From: Paraspadella gotoi
Lineage: Eukaryota; Animalia; Chaetognatha
Assembly (NCBI GenBank): GCA_051294375.1
Contig: CM119267.1
Span: 11,299,865-11,363,864, forward strand
Length of the DNA: 64,000 nt
Direction: 5' to 3'
Shown: positions 39,299 through 49,622 of the stretch, piece by piece
Numbering within the stretch: the first letter of the stretch is position 1
How the letters are laid out: each line of letters begins with the position of its first letter
Position numbers and translations under genes: made by a program
Notes under the pieces: generated by a model
Databases searched by the model: none
The model's input: the letters and a program-made list of their open reading frames with translations, nothing else
Told to the model about the DNA's origin: nothing

Positions 39299-41318
39299 CT
39301 AAATATCCTCGTCGACGTCAGCGCCATCTTCACTCCGCTGTGTCAACACGGCGTCTTTTCGACTCCGCAGCAAACACGACGTCGCCAACGACGTCGCCGC
39401 CACGACGTTGACCGCGGCATTGAAGAAAAAAGCGGCGTCGTGGCGCCGGAATCGCTGTAACAAGGCGCCACCTATCGGGGGATCGCGAGAAAGCCCAGGC
39501 CTTTGAAGAAGATGTTTGAATGCCGAGAAGGCTCTCCAGGTGGCGCCGCCCCATCAGGTCAAGAAGGAGAGGCGCTCGAAGGAGATGGGAGACGCTAAAT
39601 AAATTTAATAGTACTGTAAATACAACTATTGAATTTGAAAAGAAATAATAGATATTATAATATGTATTATACATGAAAAGCGAGCCATGAAACACCGCGT
39701 AGACGGCGTAGAGCCAATAGGCGCCGAGAAAGGGCGCCGCGAGATCCACGACGCCGAGGAGGAACAAATGGGCGACGCCGATGAGACGCCAATGACGCCG
39801 GATGGATGGGAGGCTGAGAAGGACGCTGAAGACGAGGCTGGCTGATGAGTGATGATTGGGAAAGCCAGGGTTGGTGGATGTTAAAGTTTTGTCAGGTCGC
39901 GGTCGCGAGTAATTTGAATAATTTGGTGCATTCAACCAGGTTCAATGTTGAAAAGTGACAGATCCAGACAAAGCGTCTGGACGTAAGAGGACTTATTTAG
40001 GATTTAATTGGACTTATTTAGCTTTTGATTCCATTCAAGATAATACGTTTTGTCCTAGAAACCAATATAAATTTTACCGAACATCCACAACCTGCAATGA
40101 GCGTCCCGAATTCGATGGAAACCAGAAGCGCCGCCCGCATGTCGTCGACGCCCCGTTCCACCGCCATCCCGGGCAAGTAGATGGGGGACCAGTAGCCAGC
40201 CGGGCCAGAGATCGTCTGGGTCAAAAGGTAGAGGAGGAAGACGGGGTCTCGAAATAGCGAAAGGTTGAGGCCGAAGACAAAGCATTCGCCGGAAGATGAC
40301 GCGTCTTCAGTCGGCGAAGTGGACGAGAGGATGGGCTTGTTGAGGAAGGCCTTTTGGTCGCTTGACACTATTTTCCTGATAATCGTAAAACAATTTGTCT
40401 TCCTTTCATAAAATGGAGAAACTAAGTTGGTACAAACATCGCAGCTGATTAGGGCTACCGAGACTCGTTAGATCATATCAAACTAAATTTTAATGAAGCT
40501 TCGTCAATCGTCAAGAACATTTATCATGCAAAGTAAGAATTGTAAATATTTATATTCTAGATATTATTTATTTTTTCGTTGCCCATAGCCAAAACATGTG
40601 AACATTGTCGTTGTTGAATTTCATTTTTCTTCAATTCACTGAAAGAATTATAACCCTTTCACCTTTCAGTTTCCTTGTCCGCGCCATTTTTTTCCACGCC
40701 CTTTTCGGGATAGTTTTCCTCTATCCGCCTCGTCAACGCCGCCATGACGAACCCCTGGCCCAAGATTCCCGCCAAGACGATCAACATCCCCCGCCGTCCA
40801 AACTCTTCCGCCAGATACGCGATTAACGGCGGCATGACGATCCCGCCGAGTCCGCCGCCCAAGTAGGTGATCCCCGTGACAAACGGGAGACGTCGGTGAA
40901 AGTATTGCGCCATCGCGATGAAGGAGGCGTTGTAGGTCAGTCCCGCGCCGACGCCGATGAAGACGCCGTAGGTCAAGTACAAAAGCGGCACCGTCGTCGC
41001 GAACGCCGACGCCAGCGCTCCGCCCAAGAAGAAGAAAGAACCGACGAAGATGACGCCGCGCGGAGTCGCGCCGCGATTGATGACGCCGGCGACGATGGCG
41101 CCGGAAGTGTCGCAGAGGCAAAGGGTGACGGAACCGACGCCGACGAGAAGGTCGGCCGACGCCGACGGAAAGCCGCGTTTGAAGATGAGGAGGAGGACGC
41201 CGAAACCCTTTTCGACGCAAGCGAAGATGAGTTGCCAGATGAAACAAGCGAGGACAATGAGCCAACCCGACACGCCCCCTTCAGTTGGAGGGAAGCGACG
41301 AGAGGCGTTCGCGTCCAT
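39299..41318 (-). CDS. Monocarboxylate transporter family (SLC16-like MFS), 4 coding exons; small indels in the last exon
   Basis: PPTEGGVSGWLIV (PPDGGWGW-like), YLTYGVFIGVGAGL, AQYFHRRLPFVTGI, GLNLSLFRDPVFLLY, RAPLLLDLMG; exons approx. 41318-40663, 40375-40091, 39842-39674, 39594-39299. Confidence 0.9.
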
Positions 41319-41656
41319 CTCCGGGTTCGGGCGGAGCGTTGTAGTTTAGAAACTGAGGGGAAAAAGAAAACGTCATAATATTGTTAATAATATTTAATAT
41401 TATATAATATAATATTATTTTATTTCATGTTTTCAACTAGACATCTTTTGAAATATGCTTCCCGAAAATTAAACCTCGGATAGGGTATTACAAAAAGTAT
41501 ATAATATGATAATATCAAGTTAATATCATTGATATTAACTTAATACGCTTTGTATCGTCAAGCACTCTAAATGAAACAAACCACCAACGAATCACCAACT
41601 TTTAAAAGTTAACCAGCATCCTAGTCATGAGTTCAATCTGAACTGGGTCGATCTTT

Positions 41657-41700
<44 letters not shown>

Positions 41701-42337
41701 TATATATATATATATATATATATTTACAAATGTAAGATAGAGGATAAAGGTTAAATAAGATAGGATATTTTCATATAAATCAATTTTTCAAATGAACGGA
41801 GAAAAAATGGTGAAATAAAAAAATTTAAAAAAGAGAAATCAGATTGGTTAAGCTAAGAAAGTAAAATTCGAAATTGACGCTAAGCCGATCGAGAGCGATT
41901 GTGCAGTGAACAAATAATGAACTTTGTTGAAAATAGTATTTAATTTTAAAAGCAAAATTTGAAATCGAAAAAGGTGAAGACCGGTTTTTAATTTGAGCAT
42001 ACGTAGAATTCTCCAGTCGAACCTAAGGAAAAATTGGTTAAATCAAATTAAAAATGTCAAAATCTTTGTCGTCAATCGTTTATCAAAACACAATTGTGTA
42101 ATGGGCCATTCTCGGCGGACTAATGCTCATGAAATGCTCCTTATATCTAACCTTTATAAATAAATTCAGTCTTGAATAGCGATTTACCATTGATACAATT
42201 TTATCGGGTTGCGGCCTAATATCTCATTACTTTTAATTCTTTATGTCTGTTTGTTGGATGTTCATTCTATGTCATTTATTTTGGTAGCCACCCTATATAT
42301 CTTTCGTTGCGTTTTGTTACAAACAACGATTTTTATT

Positions 42338-42452
42338 AACAAGTTTGAGCAAACAATTCCGGATTAATTAATTAATTAATTCAAGTTAATTAATTAATTG
42401 GTCAATTAGTTAATTAATTAATTTGATCCGACATTGTTTGCTCCAACTTGTT
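42338..42452. mobile_element. Small MITE-like palindrome with ~27-bp imperfect TIRs and a (TAAT)n core
   Basis: AACAAGTTTGAGCAAACAATTCCGGAT ... ATCCGACATTGTTTGCTCCAACTTGTT. Confidence 0.7.
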
Positions 42453-42553
42453 TGTTTTTAGGACTTTTCGTTTTCGTCCACGACAAAGCAAAAACAACAA
42501 CTGAAGAGACAGTAATTATTGTTATGTGTTAGTGACAGAACCGTTCAATATAA

Positions 42554-42627
42554 GCAGTCCCTGAGCTTCGGATCAGGCTGCAACACCGAGTTACAGGCGG
42601 GTTAAGCGCCCCGTCCCTCTTAACTGC
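42554..42627 (-). ncRNA. Predicted type-P5 twister ribozyme; predicted cleavage U42604|A42603
   Basis: GCAGUU-AA-GAGG-GA-CGG-GGCGCU-UAA-CCC-GCC-UGUAAC(UCGGU)GUUGCA-G-CCUGA(UCCGAAGC)UCAGG-GACUGC; P2-P5 and pseudoknots T1 (CCG/CGG) and T2 (GC/GC) all pair. Confidence 0.85.
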
Positions 42628-42630
42628 CAG

Positions 42631-42702
42631 ACGACCACCGGGCTAGAACCCCGGACCTTTGGGTTGGGAGGCGAATGACTTGCCTCCGGCACCAATGGCC
42701 GC
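42631..42702 (-). pseudogene. tRNA-derived sequence (Gly-CCC-like), probable Pol III promoter
   Basis: 72 nt; acceptor GCGGCCA/UGGUCGU, T-arm CCGGG-GUUCUAG-CCCGG, A-box-like TGGTGCCGGAGG, loop CU-CCC-AA; the anticodon stem is broken. Confidence 0.75.
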
Positions 42703-42902
42703 TGATGAACGGTTCGTGGATTTTAGTCCACCATACAACGATGGCGACGACAACGACAATAACACCGATAACGATTACTTGATTGACTTAAAAAATCATT
42801 ACTTAAAAAAAAAGCTCTAAATGATTTTTAAAATCTGATTAAATATTCGTATAGTACTCTCTCTTAGCCTTTAGATGATATATTAATTGTTTTGAAATTC
42901 TA

Positions 42903-43916
42903 ACCATGTACAGTGTACATTAGAGCGTTCAAAGATAACAAAATATAAGATATTTAATTTCATTCATTATTGTTTTAATGTAATAAGGTCTGAAGAATTC
43001 GATGATGATAACCATTTTTTGGTAAAGTTTCATCTTCCTTGTCGCCAGTGGCGATTTTTGAAGCATATAAGGTGCTATTAAAATGGCGTATCCATTGTAG
43101 AGTATGAGAAACTAAAATTATTAAAATTTTATAAAGGTCATATTTAGCTTATATAATATGAAAATAAAGACCCATAAAATATTTTGGTAAGTTTATTTAC
43201 AAATTTTATATTTTATTAACAGCTTGTTAACTATATTTATTAATAATTAGTAGTTAAAAATAGGCTAAAGTGAAAAAATAAATATTTTGAAATTTTAAAA
43301 CCGGATTTGAATTCCTTGCAAAAAGTTGATAAAAGGAAGTAAAATCCATTTTAACAAATTCTTTCATTAAGTTGGTTAAAAATGTTAAAAACTGTGATTT
43401 TTGTTTAATTTTATTATTTTTGGCTTAAAATTATAGTTTTTTAAAATTTTGACTAACTTAATGACATAATTTTTTAAAAAATATTCTATTTTCTTATATC
43501 AACTTTTTGCAAGGAATGCGAATCCGAGATAAAAATTTTTAAATTTTTATTTTTTAACTTTAGCCTAATTTTTATTCATAATTATTAATAAATATAGCTA
43601 ACTAACTATTAATAAAACATAAAATTGAGAAATAAACTTACCAAAATATTTTTATAGGTCTTTATTTTTATATTTTAAAAGCTCATGTAATTTAAAAAAA
43701 AATTAATAATTTGATTTATCATAACTTATAATGTTTGCCCTATTTTATTAGCATTTTATATACATTAAAAATCGTCATTTCCGACAAGAAAGATGAAATT
43801 ATACAAAAAAATGGTCATCACCATCGAATTCTTCAGACCTTATTACAGTAAAACAATTATGAATGGAATTTAATATCTTATATTTTGTTATATTTGAACG
43901 CTCTAGTGTACATGGT
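42903..43916. mobile_element. ~1-kb AT-rich foldback/MITE element with ~450-bp diverged inverted arms
   Basis: ACCATGTACA..TAGAGCGTTCAAA..TAATAAGGTCTGAAGAATTCGATG..TTCCTTGCAAAAAGTTGATA is mirrored on the right arm. Confidence 0.92.
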
Positions 43917-43988
43917 ATTTTGGTTAAAAAAATTTTAAAGGAAGGAGGTAAGATTTGGGTACTGTTATGGTTTAATTTTTATTAAAAC

Positions 43989-44169
43989 TGTAGAGGCAGT
44001 AATTATTGTTATGTGTTAGTAACAGAACCGTTCAATATATGCAGTCCCTGAGCTTCGGATCAGGATGTAACACCGTGTTACAGGCGGGTTAAGCGCCCCG
44101 TCCCTCTTAACTGCTAGGCGGCCACCGGGCTAGAACCCCGCTGAACGGTTGGTAGATTTTAGTCCACCA
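43989..44169 (-). mobile_element. Copy 2 of the tRNA-twister element (5' part of the tRNA head deleted), perfect 6-bp TSD TAAAAC
   Basis: TAAAAC[TG...CA]TAAAAC; ~50-bp deletion at a CCG microhomology. Confidence 0.85.
44041..44114 (-). ncRNA. Predicted type-P5 twister ribozyme, copy 2; predicted cleavage U44091|A44090
   Basis: Same core as copy 1; P3 improved to UGUAACA/UGUUACA; the G before P4 is changed to U. Confidence 0.75.
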
Positions 44170-44498
44170 TAAAACTTACTTTTATCAAGAATTTATTAAC
44201 GATATTGTCAGATAATTAAATTAATCATATAAGATTTCTTAATGCATAATAAAAGCGTCAAAAAGGTAAGAAATACATAAAGTATTTGACAATTTAAGCA
44301 TATTCGTATGTAATGTATCGTTATTATTTATTTATCTCTGTTGTTTTTGTTTCTCTCTCACTCTATCTCTCTCTCTCTCTCTCTCCTTTAAACAAGTTTC
44401 ACTTCTTTTCACAACTCACTCAATCTGTCCTCACCTTCAAACCTGTCCTCACATCTGACCACTATTTCTGTCTCACCACTTTGTTGGAAAAACTTTTT

Positions 44499-44533
<35 letters not shown>

Positions 44534-44565
44534 TCTTCTTTTGCACAAATTTATTATTGAATGTC

Positions 44566-44612
44566 ATATGCTGATGAAGGCTTGAAATAAGCAAGCCGAA
44601 AACATGTTCCAA
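44566..44612 (+). ncRNA. Minimal type-I hammerhead ribozyme motif (Penelope-like element type); stem I degenerate
   Basis: CUGAUGA-A-GGCUUG(AAAUAAG)CAAGCC-GAAA-ACAUGU-UC with palindromic stem III, followed by AATAAA. Confidence 0.7.
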
Positions 44613-46626
44613 CTACTAATAAAAAATCGTTGTTAAATTCAAAATTCTTTGCTCTCTCTAAAGCATATTCGTTATAATCTTCCTAAAATTTTGTTTTACT
44701 TACCTGAAAAAAATTAAATAGGTTTAATTTGGATAGTGATGAAAAGCTTAAAATCAGGTGAATATATAAATATATATATATATATAAATATATAAAGATA
44801 TAACACTGTCATGTTCAGAAACGACCGCTGAAAAATATTAACAAGTATGGCTTTTATCGTATGCAATACAATGCGCGCGCATAAAAATGACTAAATGTTT
44901 TGAAAATTCATGACGCCTTGTAGTTGCTTAAAATTTTTTTTTATTGTATATAAAGTAAAAAACTTTAACCACTCATTATTATTGTGTATCAAATCGTTCA
45001 GACAGGGAAGGACATTAGATATAGGGTATAGGGTATAGGGTCTCACCCCTATACTTTGAATCTTTGATGTATATTTGTAATGAGTCTCATTTAGTGACTG
45101 ATTATTAAGAGTAGGTCAAATTTGAAACTTTATCTATTCGATTTTCCAATTTGATTAAAAAGTACTAAAAATTTAAGAAAAATTAAATATGAGGCAATGA
45201 ACGTGTAGCATTTGTTCTCCTCTTTAAAATGAAATAAAATTCAAATTAATTAAAATATTAAAAAATCCCAGACAGCCAAAAAATATTAATAAAAGGTAAA
45301 AAAAGTAGTTGAGAATCAGTTATATTATTTTTTATTGCATAAAAACAAACCCTGTATCTAGTTTTAAAGCATAAAAAATAGAATATTTTTCTAACTAATT
45401 TATTGATATTATTATAATTTTATATTAACTGTAAATTTCTTAAATGAACAAATTTATAAAATCTGCTCATGTTTTGTAAAAAGAATCATCTCCTTATTAT
45501 TTGAAAAGTTACAAAACACCTAATCATTAAACAAATATAAAATCTATACCACTTTGTTTTGATTGATTGTGACTTTGTGAATCATTAAAAGGTAAAAAAA
45601 ATTCCTAAATTAATGGACGAATTTGATGATTTCATTGGGGCAAAGAAATTAATTCTAAAAACCTATTAGAATTTTGTAAAAATTGATTGATTCAAAAATG
45701 CCAGACGGCGAGCTACAAAATGAGCTACAATTTAAATCTTTAGGTTAAGGGATTCTGACATATACAGGAAATATTTCAAACGAGAAAAATCATACTGTAA
45801 TAGTACCAATTTATGCTATCACTTTACATATTAACCCATTCAGTCAGTTTTATCTAATAATTATGACATTAGAGAAACTTTCAGCCTGATTTATGCCATC
45901 AAAAACATTTTCTGTATGTAATTGTCACAAGATCATTCGATTCCCCTACCCCCCGCAAAATAGAAGAGGAAAAAATGAAAAGAAAGCTGGATAGAAAAAA
46001 AAAACACCAAACCAGAACAACTCGGTCCTTTCCCTTATTTAGCCACATTTGGCAGTGCTAAATCCGTATTCCAAACCATTTACAGAACCAAACAAAAACA
46101 AACAAATCCCCCTAGAAAAAGAAGAAAAAACAAAAGGACCCATTAACAACCTTAGAAAACGCAGAGATCTGCCAGAGGGATTCATCGATCGTCGAACCCA
46201 TTGACCTCGAGACGCGCGTTGTTTTCTATTTTCTGTTTTCTGTTTATTTTCCTTGGTTTAAGCGAAGATAGGATTTTTTTTTTATTTTCTAGCGAGATGC
46301 CAATTAACGGCTCGAATCACTCGTAGGGGAGATGGGGGGGAGGGGGGGGGAGAACCTCTGTGGCCGCCATTGTCGCCGTTCAGAGGGATCGTCGCAGGGG
46401 TCGAAGGGGTCATCTCACGGCCCATTGTGGGGGCATCTGGCGACCGATTGTGGCTCATCCATCTTGGAATTATTCTCGCTCTCAATGTCGAGGAGAACCT
46501 CGACATTGTGAGCCTTGGTAAAGGTGATGTGGTGCTCTGGCTATCGTATTTGCTTGATTGTTTGTCCGCCATATTGCTCGAACGCTTGCCAGCTTGTTTG
46601 CCCTTTTTTTTTCTTATCTTTCTTTG

Positions 46627-46667
<41 letters not shown>

Positions 46668-46835
46668 AATCTGTTACTATCTATCTGTCTATTGTCTATC
46701 TATCTATCTATCTATTCTTTCTTTTCTTTCTTTTTCTTTTTCTTTCTTCTTCTTCTTTTCTTTTCTTTCTTTCTTTCTTTTTTCTTTTCTTTTTCCTCTT
46801 TCTTTCTTTTCTTCTCTGACATTTCTCACCCCTAT

Positions 46836-46902
<67 letters not shown>

Positions 46903-47764
46903 CTCTCTTCCATCTCTCTCTCTCTCTTCCATATCTCTCTCGATGTGTGTCCCTTTTGCTTCGATCATTCGAAAGGGATTAGAACGCGAGATACCAATGA
47001 CGCGCGCCGGGTGACCTGTTTCCAGGTGTTGCGGATTTCGTTTCGGGTCAGCCAAGAGGTACCACTCGGAATCCAATTGGTAAGCTCCCCTTTGTTCTTC
47101 TAAATAGTCACTTCAGCTCGGTTGTCAGCTCGTGAGCCACATGTTTCTTTAATTAAGAGGCTTAAGAATTTTACAAATCGTGTTTACTCATTTTTTTTAC
47201 TTACTTTTTGCTCGAACTATCCGATTGTCCGCCTCGCCGCCACGTGAGCAATGTTTAGTGTTTACATCTGTGTTTACATCTCCACTTCTCTTAATCCCAA
47301 CTGGAAATTATGATCAAAACAGAAGAATCCACTAAAAAAATGGTTATCAAAAACATTAGTTAAAGGCGAACGGAAAAAAATGTCAAAACGAGTAATTTTT
47401 TTCTGTTTTAAGACTGCATAGTGCATACAAAATGAATATCAAAATAAAATTTAAAGTTTTAATCGAAAGAAATGGCGAGAGTGAAATAAATTAAAAATAA
47501 AAACTAGTTTTTATCTATTCTTTCGGCAAATTATCGTCAAAAAAATTACAAGATCTAAAAAATTCTCGTTTTGGAACCCGTAAAAAAAGGAAGAACCGGT
47601 TTCATATAATACTTATTAGGAAGTGGTTTTTTCATACAATTGAAACATTCTTTGAAATATTATATATATTTATATATATATATATATAATATATAAATAT
47701 ACCAGTGAATAAACGAGACTGTGAAAGAGTCTTGATTGTAAGCTTGCAGGGATCTGCTATGTAA

Positions 47765-47829
47765 TTATCTTGTAAGAGTGATGGGGGCCTTAAACCACCA
47801 AAGCCTGTCCTAAGTCAGGGGCAAGATAG
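47765..47829 (+). ncRNA. Predicted type-P5 twister ribozyme of a second repeat family (no P3); predicted cleavage U47791|A47792
   Basis: UUAUCUUGU-AA-GAGU-GA-UGG-GGGCCU-UAA-ACC-ACC-AAA-G-CCUG(UCCUAAGU)CAGG-G-GCAAGAUAG; one U-U mismatch in T1. Confidence 0.8.
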
Positions 47830-49622
47830 CTTATTTATTAAATGAATGGATAACTTTTTTATTAGTTGTATCATTTTCATAACCTAGTTTTTTTGTTTGT
47901 TTTTTTTTTGTCTGAACGACGTCGCACGACAATCTATGCGGGTCAATCACCCTTTGTCCACTTGATCGCCCTTGGATATTTTTTTATTTTTTTTTAACGA
48001 AAAAGCGCATTAGATTAAAAATTACAACTAAATCGAAGAATTGAAGACTGGATGAATTTAATGATAATGAGGCAGTGCAACGTTCTCCTTCGCCACTCCC
48101 TCCCCCCCGCAAAAAAAAAAAGGAGATCCGAAAAGGGTGACTGACCGAATCGATTCATCACCCAAAATGTCTTCTACGGTCGCGCGGCCTCGTTCACCTC
48201 GTGTTTGACCGACGAAAACGTTTCGCCGAACGGGGTGGCGATCTTCTTTCCTTCCGCTGGATGAAGATTCCATCCAAGGGCGTTTTTCTCTTCTTCCCCC
48301 CCTGTCTCCAAGCGATACTCATGGCCGCCACCCCTTACTATCTCCCATGATTAATTGCGATGGCGTTAGCGAATATCATATTCAATATGGGATTGGCCAA
48401 TGGCAATTGGGTTAAAAATATTCTCAAATGAACATTTTAATTTCATTTTAAATCTCGAAATTTTCTACCAGGTATACGAGTATCAATATTAACTATAAGT
48501 ATTGATATATACGTATCATCACTTTCTCTTCGTCAACGACATATCTGGCTCGCCCCCTTTGACGGCTTCCCCTCCCTTCCTTTGTCCTTCTCCCATCCTC
48601 CTTTTAAGGCATTTTGACCCTCGTCTTTCGAAAGATCACGCGATCATTTTCCGAGTTCCTTCTCTGTCGTGACACCGTTCTGACAAATAGAGCCTGGCGT
48701 GAGCGTGAAGAATCGCGAGCTGACGTGATCTCTGACCCGCTCTCTTTCATGGAATTCAGTCTATGGTGACCGTATCGGTCAGTGTCTCAATGACTATATA
48801 TTAACTATTTCACTGTTAAAAATAAACTAAAATTAATTCGATTTTTTTTCGGTTTTAATGTTGAACTTTTAACTATTTTTTACGGTCTCCAAGCGATGAA
48901 AAAAAATTTTTAGGTGTGTATTAGGTTTACTTTATAGGCTTTTAGCCAGGTGGTATGATTAAATCAATTTTTTAAAACACTTCTACAAACTTTTTGTTAA
49001 AAATAATTTGAAGTCCGGCGAATAAAATTTATTTTAAAATTAATGTTGTTTTGTTTAAAATAAATACCAATTTGATGGAACCCCGAGAGAGTTCATCCAA
49101 GGATAGACAATCTTAGACATAAGAGCAAAGACTTCGCATCAAAACACAAAGCAAATTCAGCTGAAGTATCATGTGACGTTTTTGATTCTCGACAAAGTTG
49201 TTAACTTGTTACTGCGAGAAAATCATGTGATAAGATTAAAATTACAACCCCCATCAAGTTTTTAATCTAAACTTGACGACCCCCCGTATTTCTCTTTTTG
49301 AAATTTAAAAAGTTGTAACTGTAAATTTTGAAAAATCCAATTTTGGAATGAAAAAATCAGACCACAAAAACTTGAAAGACCTTGATTGTACAAAGCTTTC
49401 ACAAACTTGGGCTTCGGTTAATCCTCGCTTTAATAAAATTACACATATTTTTAAAACTAATATTTAACTGATTTAAAACTATTTACTAACTTAATAATTG
49501 ACTTATAAGATATTCATCATTAAATTACATTAGATGAGAAAATTTACGTAAATGTAATCAAAAGATGGAGATCAAAAAGCTGAAAGATAAAAAAAACTGA
49601 ACTCCCAGTTAAACCTAACGAG

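Larger units (their letters stand above)
42502..42733 (-). mobile_element. 232-bp element, copy 1: tRNA-like head plus twister ribozyme, TG...CA ends
   Basis: Near-identical to 43989-44169; flanked by AACAAC/TACAAC; internal inverted repeat GAACCGTTCA/TGAACGGTTC. Confidence 0.85.

Noticed and set aside
42631-42702. Functional tRNA-Gly gene
   Set aside because: Anticodon and D stems do not pair, the T-loop is atypical, and it is embedded in a repeat
42702-42722. Plus-strand CUGAUGA as a hammerhead
   Set aside because: Followed by GGAU rather than GAAA, and no stem III
42502-44169. The two copies as paired LTRs of one element
   Set aside because: Each copy has its own flanking duplication, the outer flanks differ, and the interior is an unrelated foldback
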